Shown here: positions 27,304 to 37,300 of the stretch, in pieces
How positions within the stretch are numbered: position 1 is the first letter of the stretch
Layout: each line of letters starts with the position of its first letter
The notes under the pieces: model-generated
Database searches by the model: none
Told to the model about the DNA's origin: nothing
Seen by the model: the letters and a program-made list of their open reading frames with translations, nothing else
Source: Candidatus Parcubacteria bacterium
GTDB taxonomy: Bacteria; Patescibacteriota; Minisyncoccia; UBA6257; HR35
DNA length: 64,000 nucleotides
Reading direction: 5' to 3'
Assembly: GCA_025999335.1 (NCBI GenBank)
Contig: AP024681.1
Span: forward strand, 395,547 to 459,546
Translations under genes and position numbers: made by a program

Positions 27304-29089
27304 TTTACGACATTCTCTGGCGCATATTTTGGCAGCAGCCGTTTTAAAGATAGATCCTCAAGCGAAACTTGGCATTGGTCCAACAACTAAAGATGGGTTT
27401 TATTATGATTTTCTTTTAAGTAAAAAAATTAGCGAAGAATCTTTAGAAGAGATTGAGAAGATAATGAAAGATATTATTGCTCATAATTTAGATTTTATTC
27501 AAAATAAAGTGAGTTTTGAAAAAGCAAAGCAAATTTTTAAAGAGCAGAAATTTAAATTAGAACTTTTAAGTGATTTAAAAAAATACGGAACTACTGAATA
27601 TAAAGAAATCCAACTTATTAAAGCAAAAAAGAAAAAAGCTAAAAAGATAAATAAGGTTACAATTTATCGAACCGGAGATTTTATTGATCTTTGCCGCGGT
27701 GGTCATCTAAAAAATACTAAAGAAATAAATCCTAATGCTTTTAAACTTATAAAAATTGCTGGTGCTTATTGGCGTGGCGACGAAAAAAAACCAATGCTTC
27801 TGCGAATTTATGGAGTTGCTTTTACGACGGAAAAAGAATTAAATGATTATCTGCAAAAATTAGAAGAAGTTGAAAAATATAATCATCGTGTTTTGGGAGA
27901 AAAATTAAAAATTTTTATGATTAATGAAAATATCGGTAAAGGTTTGCCCTTGCTTTTACCTAAAGGAGAAACGATTAAAAATATTTTAATAAATTATATG
28001 AGAATAAAAGAAGAAAAGTATGGATATGTTTATGTTGATACTCCGCACATTGCTTCTTATAAACTTTACGAAAAAAGTGGACATCTCAAATATTATCAGA
28101 ACGATATGTTTAAAGTTTTAGATCCGGAAAAAGAAGAATTTTATTTAAAGCCTATGAATTGTCCTCATCATCATATGATTTATCAAGAATTGGTTAAAAG
28201 TTACCGTGATTTACCTTTAAGACTCGCCGAGGCAGGGTCTGTTTATCGTTATGAAAAATCAGGCGAAGTTTATGGTTTGATGCGAGTTCGTGGTCCAATT
28301 ACGCAAAACGACGCTCATATTTATACTAACGAAGAAGATTTCGAAAATGAATTTTTAAAAATTATTGATTTATTTTTAGAAGTTTATAAAGATATCGGCG
28401 CGATAACAAATTATTGGTTTCGTCTTTCTTTGCCTGATTTTTCCGGCAAGAATAAGGGAAAATACGGTGGCGATTTAAAACTTTGGCGATGGGCGAGTAA
28501 AAAAATTCTCGATGTTTGTAAAAAAAGAAAAATTAATTTAGTCGAAGGTTTGGGTGAAGCAGCCTTTTATGGTCCGAAATTTGATATTCAAATTAATAAT
28601 ATTTATGGCAAAGAAGAAACTTTAGCAACAATCCAGGTTGATATTTTAGTTCCCAAAAGAATGGGACTTACTTATATTGATAAGAACGGCAAAGAAAAAA
28701 GTCCTATTATTATCCATCGAGCTATTTTAGGATCTTACGAAAGATTTATTGGCTTTTTACTTGAAGCAACTCGAGGCGATTTGCCTCTGTGGCTAGCGCC
28801 TATTCAGTTCGTTGTTTTACCTGTTAGCGATAAAAGTATTGATTATAGTTTAAAAGTTTTTAATCTTTTAAGAGAAAAATTTAGAGGCGTTCTTTGGAAT
28901 GAAGATACATTAAATAAACGCATTTTAAAAGCTGAAGACGAGAAAATTCCGGTAATGGTGATAATAGGAGAGAAAGAAGCGAAAAATAATTCTGTTTCTT
29001 TGCGCTTTAGAAAAGAAGGCAATTATGGCGAAAAGGATATTAATTTTCTTTTAACGCTCTTCAATGAAAAAGGCGTTATCCCTCTTTAA
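27287..29089 (+). CDS. thrS: Threonyl-tRNA synthetase (no TGS domain)
   Basis: RHSLAHILA, DLCRGGH, GAYWRGD, KPMNCPHH, GEAAFYGPK, HRAILGSYERF. Confidence 0.97.
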   Translation: MSDLDNLRHSLAHILAAAVLKIDPQAKLGIGPTTKDGFYYDFLLSKKISEESLEEIEKIMKDIIAHNLDFIQNKVSFEKAKQIFKEQKFKLELLSDLKKYGTTEYKEIQLIKAKKKKAKKINKVTIYRTGDFIDLCRGGHLKNTKEINPNAFKLIKIAGAYWRGDEKKPMLLRIYGVAFTTEKELNDYLQKLEEVEKYNHRVLGEKLKIFMINENIGKGLPLLLPKGETIKNILINYMRIKEEKYGYVYVDTPHIASYKLYEKSGHLKYYQNDMFKVLDPEKEEFYLKPMNCPHHHMIYQELVKSYRDLPLRLAEAGSVYRYEKSGEVYGLMRVRGPITQNDAHIYTNEEDFENEFLKIIDLFLEVYKDIGAITNYWFRLSLPDFSGKNKGKYGGDLKLWRWASKKILDVCKKRKINLVEGLGEAAFYGPKFDIQINNIYGKEETLATIQVDILVPKRMGLTYIDKNGKEKSPIIIHRAILGSYERFIGFLLEATRGDLPLWLAPIQFVVLPVSDKSIDYSLKVFNLLREKFRGVLWNEDTLNKRILKAEDEKIPVMVIIGEKEAKNNSVSLRFRKEGNYGEKDINFLLTLFNEKGVIPL

Positions 29090-30341
29090 GTTTTTTTTGA
29101 TTGTTTTAGATTCTTTGTTATTTTTCTTTTCACTATTTATAGTTTTATTTTTTCGTGTTAAATCCATTGATCGTTTAATAATTAGTATTAACGAACATTT
29201 TATAGCTTTTTTATTTTTATTACCTATTTATTTAATACTGATTTTTGCTTTTAGCTTGTATAATTTTTATCTTTTAAATATCAAAAAAATTTTTATTAGA
29301 ACTGCCTATGTTTTATTGGTTGGCTTGCTTGCCTCGTCATTGTATTTTTATTTCACTCAGTTATTTTTTGGCATATCGCCAAGAACTAATTTAATTCTTT
29401 TCGCAATAGTATTTTTTTGGTTATTATTTTTTAGTCGTTTTTTAGTTATTAAATTTTCTTATCGTGGCAAATTGCCTTTATATTTTTTAGGCTCAGAAAC
29501 ATTAAGAAACAAATTAAAAAATGATTTAAAAGATAATCATTTTTTTGAGTTTAAAGATTTGCAGGATATAGAAAAAATTCCTCCAGGGAGTATTTTGGTT
29601 ATTGATTCTAATTATCGTGTTAATGATGATATTTTATTGCAAAAAATACTATCTAAAAATTTAAGCGTTTTTGACTACATTGATTTTTATGAAAAATTTT
29701 TTGAAAGAATTCCGTTAGAAGCTATTAATGTTGACTGGATTGTTAAAGAGATTTTTGCCGGTGAAAATAAGGCATATTTTTATCTTAAAAGAATTTTCGA
29801 TATCGTTTTAGCTATTTTTTGTTTAGTGTTTATTTTTTTGCCTTTATTGCCTTTTATAGCTATCGCTATTTATATTAATTCTCCGGGTCCTATTTTTTTT
29901 ATTAACAGTCGCGTTGGTTATCGGGGTAAAGTTTTCAATCTTATAAAATTTAGAACAATGACAGGCGTGCAGCGTCAGGAAAGTTGGGCGGTAGGGAAAG
30001 AAGAAAAAAGGATTTTTTTTGTTGGTAAAATTTTGCGTAAAACTCATTTAGACGAATTGCCACAATTAATAAATATTCTAAAAGGTGATATTTCTTTTGT
30101 TGGTCCTAGGCCAGAGCAACCACAGATAGTTGCTGATATGATTAAACTCATACCTTTTTATGATTTAAGACATTTAACTATGCCTGGTTTAACTGGTTGG
30201 GCTCAAGTTAATTATAAATATCCTGAAAATGTTGAAGAAACAAAAATAAAGCTAGAAAACGATTTATATTATTTAAAAAATAATAACCTTTTTTTAGATA
30301 TTATTGTCATCATTAAGACCTTGCAAAATTTTATTTTTTAA
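29064..30341 (+). CDS. Polyprenyl-phosphate priming glycosyltransferase (WcaJ/WbaP-like sugar transferase)
   Basis: N-terminal TMs; KRIFD, KFRTM, LRKTHLDELPQLINILKGDISFVGPRP, PGLTGWAQV, DLYY. Confidence 0.93.
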   Translation: MKKALSLFKFFLIVLDSLLFFFSLFIVLFFRVKSIDRLIISINEHFIAFLFLLPIYLILIFAFSLYNFYLLNIKKIFIRTAYVLLVGLLASSLYFYFTQLFFGISPRTNLILFAIVFFWLLFFSRFLVIKFSYRGKLPLYFLGSETLRNKLKNDLKDNHFFEFKDLQDIEKIPPGSILVIDSNYRVNDDILLQKILSKNLSVFDYIDFYEKFFERIPLEAINVDWIVKEIFAGENKAYFYLKRIFDIVLAIFCLVFIFLPLLPFIAIAIYINSPGPIFFINSRVGYRGKVFNLIKFRTMTGVQRQESWAVGKEEKRIFFVGKILRKTHLDELPQLINILKGDISFVGPRPEQPQIVADMIKLIPFYDLRHLTMPGLTGWAQVNYKYPENVEETKIKLENDLYYLKNNNLFLDIIVIIKTLQNFIF

Positions 30342-30352
30342 ATAATACTATA

Positions 30353-30380
30353 TTGACTTTTTAAAAAATTATGTTAAAAT
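30353..30380 (+). promoter_or_regulatory. Promoter of tuf-S10 cluster
   Basis: TTGACT 30353-30358 and extended -10 TGtTAAAAT 30372-30380. Confidence 0.55.
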
Positions 30381-30428
30381 TTAATTTTAATTTGAGGGTC
30401 GTTTTATTTTTTACTAAAAACTTTTAAA

Positions 30429-31625
30429 ATGGCAGAAAAATACGAAAGAAAAAAACCGCATATTAACGTAGGTACTATTGGTCACATTGATCATGGTAAA
30501 ACAACCTTAACAGCAGCTATTCAACATGTTTTAAAGTTAAAAGGTTTAGTCGAAAAAGCCTTGAGCTATGAAGAAATAGATAAAGCTCCTGAAGAAAAAG
30601 CTCGAGGTATTACTATTAATATTCATCACTGTGAGTACGAAACAGAGAAAAGGCACTATGCTCACATTGATGCTCCGGGCCATGTTGACTATATTAAAAA
30701 TATGATTATAGGGGCAGCGCAAATGGATGGCGCTATTTTAGTTGTTGCTGCTAATGACGGCGTAATGGCTCAAACAAGAGAACATATTCTGTTAGCTAAA
30801 CAAGTTAACGTGCCGGCAATTATAGTTTTTATTAACAAAGTTGATATGGTGCCTGACAAAGAATTAATTGATTTAGTTGAAGAAGATGTTAGAGCTGAAT
30901 TAAAGAAACATGGTTATCCCGGGGATGAAGTGCCGGTTATCCGCGGTTCAGCTTTAAAAGCTACAGAAGCTAAGTCTTTAGATGACGAATGGGCAAAAAG
31001 CATTATGCAACTTTTAGATGCTTTAGATAACTACATACCTGAACCAGTAAGAGAAGTTGATAAGCCATTTTTAATGCCTATTGAAGATGTTTTTTCTATT
31101 GAAGGTCGAGGAACGGTTGCTACCGGTAGGGTTGAGCGAGGTCAGATTAAAGTTAATGACGAAGTAGAGATTATTGGTTTATCACACGAAACACGAAAAA
31201 CTGTTGTTACTGGCATTCAAATGTTCCATAAAGATATGGATGACGCTATTCCTGGCGATAATGTTGGTATTCTTTTAAGAGGTATTAAAAAAGAAGAAAT
31301 AGAAAGGGGAATGGTTTTAGCTAAACCAGGTTCAATTACTCCTCATACAGAATTTGAAGCTGAAGTTTATGTTTTGCGAGCTGAAGAAGGTGGAAGACAC
31401 ACTCCATTTCATACAGGTTACAAACCTCAATTTTATTTTCGAACTACCGACGTAACTGGAGAAATTACTTTAGCTGAAGGTATTGAAGCAGTAATGCCAG
31501 GTGATAATGCTAAAATGAATGTTAAATTAATTTATCCTATTGCTATGGAAGAAGGTTTACGTTTTGCAATCAGAGAAGGAGGTAGAACCGTTGGCGCTGG
31601 TGTTGTGACTAAAATTATTAAGTAG
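30429..31625 (+). CDS. tuf: Elongation factor Tu
   Basis: [36 protein letters not shown]. Confidence 0.99.
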   Translation: MAEKYERKKPHINVGTIGHIDHGKTTLTAAIQHVLKLKGLVEKALSYEEIDKAPEEKARGITINIHHCEYETEKRHYAHIDAPGHVDYIKNMIIGAAQMDGAILVVAANDGVMAQTREHILLAKQVNVPAIIVFINKVDMVPDKELIDLVEEDVRAELKKHGYPGDEVPVIRGSALKATEAKSLDDEWAKSIMQLLDALDNYIPEPVREVDKPFLMPIEDVFSIEGRGTVATGRVERGQIKVNDEVEIIGLSHETRKTVVTGIQMFHKDMDDAIPGDNVGILLRGIKKEEIERGMVLAKPGSITPHTEFEAEVYVLRAEEGGRHTPFHTGYKPQFYFRTTDVTGEITLAEGIEAVMPGDNAKMNVKLIYPIAMEEGLRFAIREGGRTVGAGVVTKIIK

Positions 31626-31668
31626 AGATTGATTAAAAAGCAAATTTACTATTTTATCTTTTTAGCAA

Positions 31669-31995
31669 ATGAACGAAAAAACAAAAAATGAACAAATTGT
31701 TCGCTTAAGATTGAAATCTTATGATCATCGTTTGCTTGATAAATCATTGCGACAGATTGTTGATTTGTTAAGCAAGGAAGATATTGTTTTACGGGGTCCT
31801 GTGCCTTTGCCAACAGAAATAAAAAGATACACGGTCAATCGTTCACCGTTTATCTACAAAAAAAGTATGGAACAGTTTGAGTTGCGAGTGCATAAAAGAA
31901 TTCTTGATATTTTAAATCCTAGTCAAAGAATTATTGATTTATTTAATTCCATTGATTTACCAGCAGGAGTAGAAGTAGAAATAAAATTAGTTTAA
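31669..31995 (+). CDS. rpsJ: 30S ribosomal protein S10
   Basis: RLKSYDHRLLD, GPVPLPT, EQFELRVHKR, LPAGV. Confidence 0.97.
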   Translation: MNEKTKNEQIVRLRLKSYDHRLLDKSLRQIVDLLSKEDIVLRGPVPLPTEIKRYTVNRSPFIYKKSMEQFELRVHKRILDILNPSQRIIDLFNSIDLPAGVEVEIKLV

Positions 31996-32037
31996 TTTTT
32001 AAGTTAGGTTTCTAATTTTACATTTTAATTATATAAA

Positions 32038-32628
32038 ATGGCGTCCTTTAAATTTTTATTAGGCGAAAAAATAGGAATGACGCAGATTTTTGTTGACAAT
32101 AAAGTCGTGCCAGTAACAATAATTAAGGCTGGACCTTGTTTTATTACTAATTTAAGATTTAAAGATCGAGATGGTTATTCAGCTGTTCAAATAGGACTAA
32201 AAGATGAGAAAAAAAATAATAAGTTTAAAAAAATAAAAGAATTTCGTTTAATCAACGACCCTCAAGAAGTTAATATTGGCGAAGAAATTAAAGTAACTAA
32301 TTTTTCTCAAGGCGATATTGTTCAAGTAAGAGGCAAGAGAAAAGCCAAAGGTTTTAGTGGCGTTGTTAAAAGACATCATTTTCGTGGTGGTCCTCGCACT
32401 CATGGTCAAGAAAACAAAGAAAGAGCTCCCGGCTCAATCGGACAACGCTGGCCCCAACGAGTAAGAAAAGGACTTAAGATGGCTGGAAGAATTGCGCCTC
32501 TTAATGTAACAATTAAAAATTTAGAGATTGTTGGCATTGAACCCGAAGATCAATTGCTTATTTTAAAAGGTAGCGTTCCTGGTCCCAATAAATCAATTAT
32601 TGAAATCAAAGCTATCGATCAAAAATAA
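32038..32628 (+). CDS. rplC: 50S ribosomal protein L3
   Basis: KIGMTQIF, DGYSAVQIG, KGFSGVVKRH, RAPGSIG, KGSVPG. Confidence 0.97.
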   Translation: MASFKFLLGEKIGMTQIFVDNKVVPVTIIKAGPCFITNLRFKDRDGYSAVQIGLKDEKKNNKFKKIKEFRLINDPQEVNIGEEIKVTNFSQGDIVQVRGKRKAKGFSGVVKRHHFRGGPRTHGQENKERAPGSIGQRWPQRVRKGLKMAGRIAPLNVTIKNLEIVGIEPEDQLLILKGSVPGPNKSIIEIKAIDQK

Positions 32629-32645
32629 ACAATTAATTACTAATT

Positions 32646-33353
32646 ATGAAACTAACCACTGATTTATTTAATTTTGAAGGCAAAAAGATAGGAGAAATTG
32701 ACTTGCCGTCAGAAATTTTTGGTGTAAAAGTTAACGATGTTGTTGTCCATCAAGTTGCGCGTTGGCAAAGTTTGAATACTTATTATCCTTACGCTCACAC
32801 TAAAGATCGTTCTGAGGTTAGAGGCGGCGGACGTAAACCTTGGCGTCAAAAAGGCACTGGTAGAGCAAGACATGGTTCTATTCGTTCGCCTATTTGGGTT
32901 GGCGGAGGAGTTGCTTTTGGACCTCGCAAGGATACGATTAAGCAAATAAAAATTAATAAGAAAATTAAAAACAAGGCGTTAGCAATGGTTTTAACTCAAA
33001 AGTTTAAAGATAATTTTTTAAAAATTATTGATAAGATTTCGATAGAAGATTTCAAAACAAAAAATTTTGATAAATTCTTTTCAAAATTTTTACAACCACG
33101 CAAAACTGTAAAAAAGAGAGAAACAGCTTTACTTGTTGTCGACGGCAATCATCAACAAATTTTTCGCTGTGTTCGTAATCTTCCTTATGCTGATGTTATT
33201 GAAGCAAGAAATTTAAATGTTTTGTCTTTATTGAATCATAAATATTTATTTTTAACAAAAGATTCTTTGAATGTTTTGCAAGAACGTTTATTAAAACAAA
33301 ATAACAAACAGCAGGCAGAAGAAGAAAATATTTATGCTCTTGCTCAATCTTAA
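32646..33353 (+). CDS. rplD: 50S ribosomal protein L4
   Basis: TKDRSEVRGGGRKPWRQKGTGRARHGSIRSP. Confidence 0.98.
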   Translation: MKLTTDLFNFEGKKIGEIDLPSEIFGVKVNDVVVHQVARWQSLNTYYPYAHTKDRSEVRGGGRKPWRQKGTGRARHGSIRSPIWVGGGVAFGPRKDTIKQIKINKKIKNKALAMVLTQKFKDNFLKIIDKISIEDFKTKNFDKFFSKFLQPRKTVKKRETALLVVDGNHQQIFRCVRNLPYADVIEARNLNVLSLLNHKYLFLTKDSLNVLQERLLKQNNKQQAEEENIYALAQS

Positions 33354-33380
33354 TTAAATTTTTAATATTTAAAATTTAAA

Positions 33381-33803
33381 ATGAAATTTAATTTTTTTAA
33401 AAAAATTTGGGGTAAGAAAGATAAAGATCAGGAAAAGCAGGCAACAACCAAAGATGTCGCTCAAGAATCTAAAAGCTCCGCTACGGAAATTACTGCGGAA
33501 GCTAAAGAGCCATTATTAGAATATAATGCTGGCGATTTAAAAATAATTCCTTTAATTACCGAAAAAACATCTAATTTAGCAGCTCGTTATAATCAATATA
33601 CTTTTATTGTCGATACCAATGTCAATAGACAAGAAGCTAAAAAAGCAATAGAAAAAATTTTTAAAGTTCAAGTTACTAAGGTAAGCATTGTTAATTATAA
33701 AGAAAGAATTCGTGGGGCAACAAGAATAAAAAGTCGGAGGAAAAGTTTTAAAAAAGTTATTGCCACTCTTAAACCCGGTCAAAAGATACCTCTTTTTGAA
33801 TAA
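33381..33803 (+). CDS. rplW: 50S ribosomal protein L23 with N-terminal extension
   Basis: PLITEK, NQYTFIV, KAIEKIFKVQV, KKVIATLKPGQKI. Confidence 0.93.
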   Translation: MKFNFFKKIWGKKDKDQEKQATTKDVAQESKSSATEITAEAKEPLLEYNAGDLKIIPLITEKTSNLAARYNQYTFIVDTNVNRQEAKKAIEKIFKVQVTKVSIVNYKERIRGATRIKSRRKSFKKVIATLKPGQKIPLFE

Positions 33804-33831
33804 ACTTTACAACTAATTAATATTCTCTTAT

Positions 33832-33879
33832 TTTTCCACAAATCATTTCATTGACTTTTGTTATTTTGTAGATTATAAT
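33832..33879 (+). promoter_or_regulatory. Promoter of inserted cassette, preceded by a DnaA-box match
   Basis: TTTTCCACA 33832-33840, TTGACT 33851-33856, 17-nt spacer, TATAAT 33874-33879, ATG after a 6-nt gap. Confidence 0.65.
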
Positions 33880-33885
33880 TTAAAT

Positions 33886-34347
33886 ATGCTTGGAAAAAGG
33901 CATTTATTGTATGTTTTTATAGTTTTAGCAATGATTGTTGTTGTTGGCGGAGTGTTTTATTTTTTAGAATTAGAACGAAAAAAAGCAAGAGAAGCTCCGC
34001 CAATGCCCACAACGACATCGCCAACAATTTCTGTGCCGACAACAACTATAGAACAATATAAGTTAAAGACTGAGCAAATAGAGACGCTTCAATCTTTAAG
34101 AGAAGAACATTTAAAGCAAAAAGAAGAAACACTGAAAGGTTTAACGCCGCAGCAACGAGCAAAAGTTGAAATTCAAGAAAAGCAAGAGCAACATAACGCT
34201 TTACAAAAAAAGAGAGAAGAATTTCTTAAGAAAGAAGCTGCGCGTAATAAAGGTAAAACAACTAAACAAATTGCTCAAGAATCATTTCAAGAAAAACAAC
34301 GACAATATAATGAATTACAAAATTTACGAAATTTACTTGGTCAATGA
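33886..34347 (+). CDS. Membrane-anchored coiled-coil protein
   Basis: N-terminal TM, P/T linker, three Q-x3-LQxxR helical repeats. Confidence 0.75.
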   Translation: MLGKRHLLYVFIVLAMIVVVGGVFYFLELERKKAREAPPMPTTTSPTISVPTTTIEQYKLKTEQIETLQSLREEHLKQKEETLKGLTPQQRAKVEIQEKQEQHNALQKKREEFLKKEAARNKGKTTKQIAQESFQEKQRQYNELQNLRNLLGQ

Positions 34348-34390
34348 TTTTTTAGGTCATCATAATTAAATTTTATATATGGTTTCATAA

Positions 34391-37300
34391 ATGAGAAGTT
34401 TCTTTGAAAAAAAGTTAGCACTTTTGAGGTCGGCAGCTTTACTCTCTATTTTTGTTTTTTCTATAATCGGTATTAGTTACGCGTGGCAAAATCCTACAGT
34501 GTCTCCTCCTGGTGGTAACGTCGATGCTCCGGTAAATACCGGCACAAGCACTCAATATAAAGCAGGTGCGTTAGGTATTGGCGGTGTGTTTAATGCTTAT
34601 AACGATGCTTATTTTGGAATAACAACTGGAAGTGACACCACTACAGCTCCTAACGTTTCTATTACAGGTAATACGGTTGGGAGTGGTTATGAGTATAATC
34701 GTGATAAGAATTTTGTGCATTTGCAAACCGGTTCGATGCAAATAGATTCTCAATGTAGTTGCGATATTAGTACAACTGTTGCAGATTGTCCAGATTCTGT
34801 TTTTTATTCACCAGCAAATTTAGGCGATATATGTTTTGATTATTATAAAACGACAACGATATCAGGAGGAGCTTCTGTCATACAATATGGAAGATTTAAA
34901 TACGATCGTTCTGCTAATAAGGGATTATTAGGAGGCGCTCTTCAAGTGTACAATAAAGTGCTAATAGGGTCTTCTAAAAATCCTTCTTCCCATGTTCCTG
35001 GTATAGAATTTATAAAAACTTTTCAAAATACACCAGGAGAATCCAATCGATCTTTAGGATATTTTATATCGCTAATAAAAGAAGGTTTAGGTTTTTTCAC
35101 AAATAATAACACAACAACACCATCGGTTTTCTTCTCTCAAGATGGAACTCTAAGCATCAACACAACGACAGATAAGTCTATGTTAACTATCTGGGGTAAT
35201 GATAGAAATAATCTTTTAAGCATATTCGCTACTCCTTCTTATCCGTTTGTGTTTGTTGAAAACAGAAACGGTGATGGAGTTATGACTATTGGTAATACTA
35301 AATACATAAATTATATTCCTCTGTCATCTGGCTTGAATGTTATCGGCGATAATATTATTTTATCTAACTATAAATATCCTTCCGGCGGTGTCGGAGTAAT
35401 TTCAAAAAACGTTTTTGCTCATGCGACAAGAGATTATTTTTCAGATGTATCTCAGTACAATAATATAAAGAATCGTACGGGAGTAGGTTTTAGATGCGAT
35501 AGCAATGATGATATTAACATAGATCAGAAAAACTATTATAATGGCAGAGATGCCGATCCTAATTATAGCGTTGGTTCTGTATGTTATGATTTGTTTACTG
35601 AACAAGTATCTGGAGCTACTCTTTATGGTTTTAACGAATTTAAAGTTATAACCACTCAGGTTCCTTCCGGTCCTGTAGTTTGGCAGTACGAAGGTTTACC
35701 AAGTATTAATTTTATTGATTGGCGAAAATCATTATCTTCATTTTCATTATTTAACATAGGGGGTATTTTTAGAATTCAAGGTGGAACATCTACTATTTTA
35801 AGTATAGATGCAGAAAATAAAAATGTTGGCATAAATACTATTAGCATACCTACTACTGCTGCTTTATATGTTGTTGGCAATATTAAAGCAACTGGCGATG
35901 TTTGTGATGGAAATAGGTGTTTGAAAGATATTACTGGTGGTGGCGGTCCATCGTATTGGCATCTTAATGGCACTAATTTATATCCTACTGACATCAATTA
36001 TAAAGTTGGCATCGGCACAACCTCTCCTAATGCAATGTTAAGTATTAAAGGTACATCAACGAATAATTTATTCAGTATTTATACCTCTTCTTCTAACCCA
36101 GCTTTGTTTGTTGATAGTAGTGGTAAAATTGGCATAGGGACAACTACTCCTAATTATGTTGTTGATATTATTGGATTGAATTCCGTAGGCAGTTTAAGAT
36201 TAAGACATACATCTACCAATAGACATCTTTTATTAGGAGGCGATTGGCCATATATTGAAAGTGAGAATGCTGGAATTTTTATTAATTGGCACAATAATCA
36301 GCCAATATATATAAGACGAAACACTTTGTTTGTCGAGACAAATAAAGTTGGCATCGGCACAACTTCTCCTACTTCAATGTTAACTATTAGGGGTACATCA
36401 ACGAATAATTTATTCAGTATTTATACCTCTTCTTCTAACCCAGCTTTGTTTGTTGATAGTAGTGGTAAATCATTTTTTAAGATATTGCCATCTATATTTA
36501 ATGGCGATGATGCTAGTGTCGTTATTAGCAATAAAGCAACAATTTTTATTACCAATACTTCTAGCAATGGTTTAATCTTACAAAATACTTCTACTAGTTT
36601 TTATTTATTAACTCGTTCAGGAATGTGGACAAATGCAAATAGCAGTGACCCAGATACTTGCAGCGGGAATGATAGAGAGAATATTTTTAAAGAATGTTCA
36701 CAAGTTATTAATAGTTGTGTTGATGTAGCTAAGTTTGTAAATATAGATGAAAGTGGGGCTACTACTGAAGAATATTTAAAAAGTACTGTCACTTGTAGGC
36801 TAGTTAACGATCCTAATTCTAGATATCAATTTTCTGTTAACAAAGATAGTTTAGTTATTTCTTATGCTTCGTCTTCAAATAATAATTTATTATATATATT
36901 TAATAATGGTTCGGTTAGTTTAGGTGATAAAATTTATACCGATAGCATTCATTCACTTTATTATCGTGGTTCCTCAACTAGATCGTTTGAAGCAGATACT
37001 TTAATTGCGCGTAAAAGTATATTTGCTCTTAATGGTTATGTAGTAGCAAAAAAACTTTGTTTCGGTTTGGGAAATTGTCTAAGTGATTGGCCTAGTGGTG
37101 GGTCAGCATCTTATTGGAACGGAAGGAATGATCCGGATTATATTTATCCTATCGCCACTAGTTATAAAGTTGGCATTGGAACAACTTCGCCTGATGCGAT
37201 GTTAACTATCCGAGGCAATACCTCGTCTTCTCATTTACTCAGAGTTTATTCTGTTACAAGCACTATTCCTGCTTTGTTTATAAACAATAATAGTAACGTC

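Noticed and set aside
36001-36469. Repeat pair as DGR template/variable repeat
   Set aside because: Differences include C/T, G/T and G/C rather than being adenine-specific, both copies are in frame within one gene, and no reverse transcriptase is in the window
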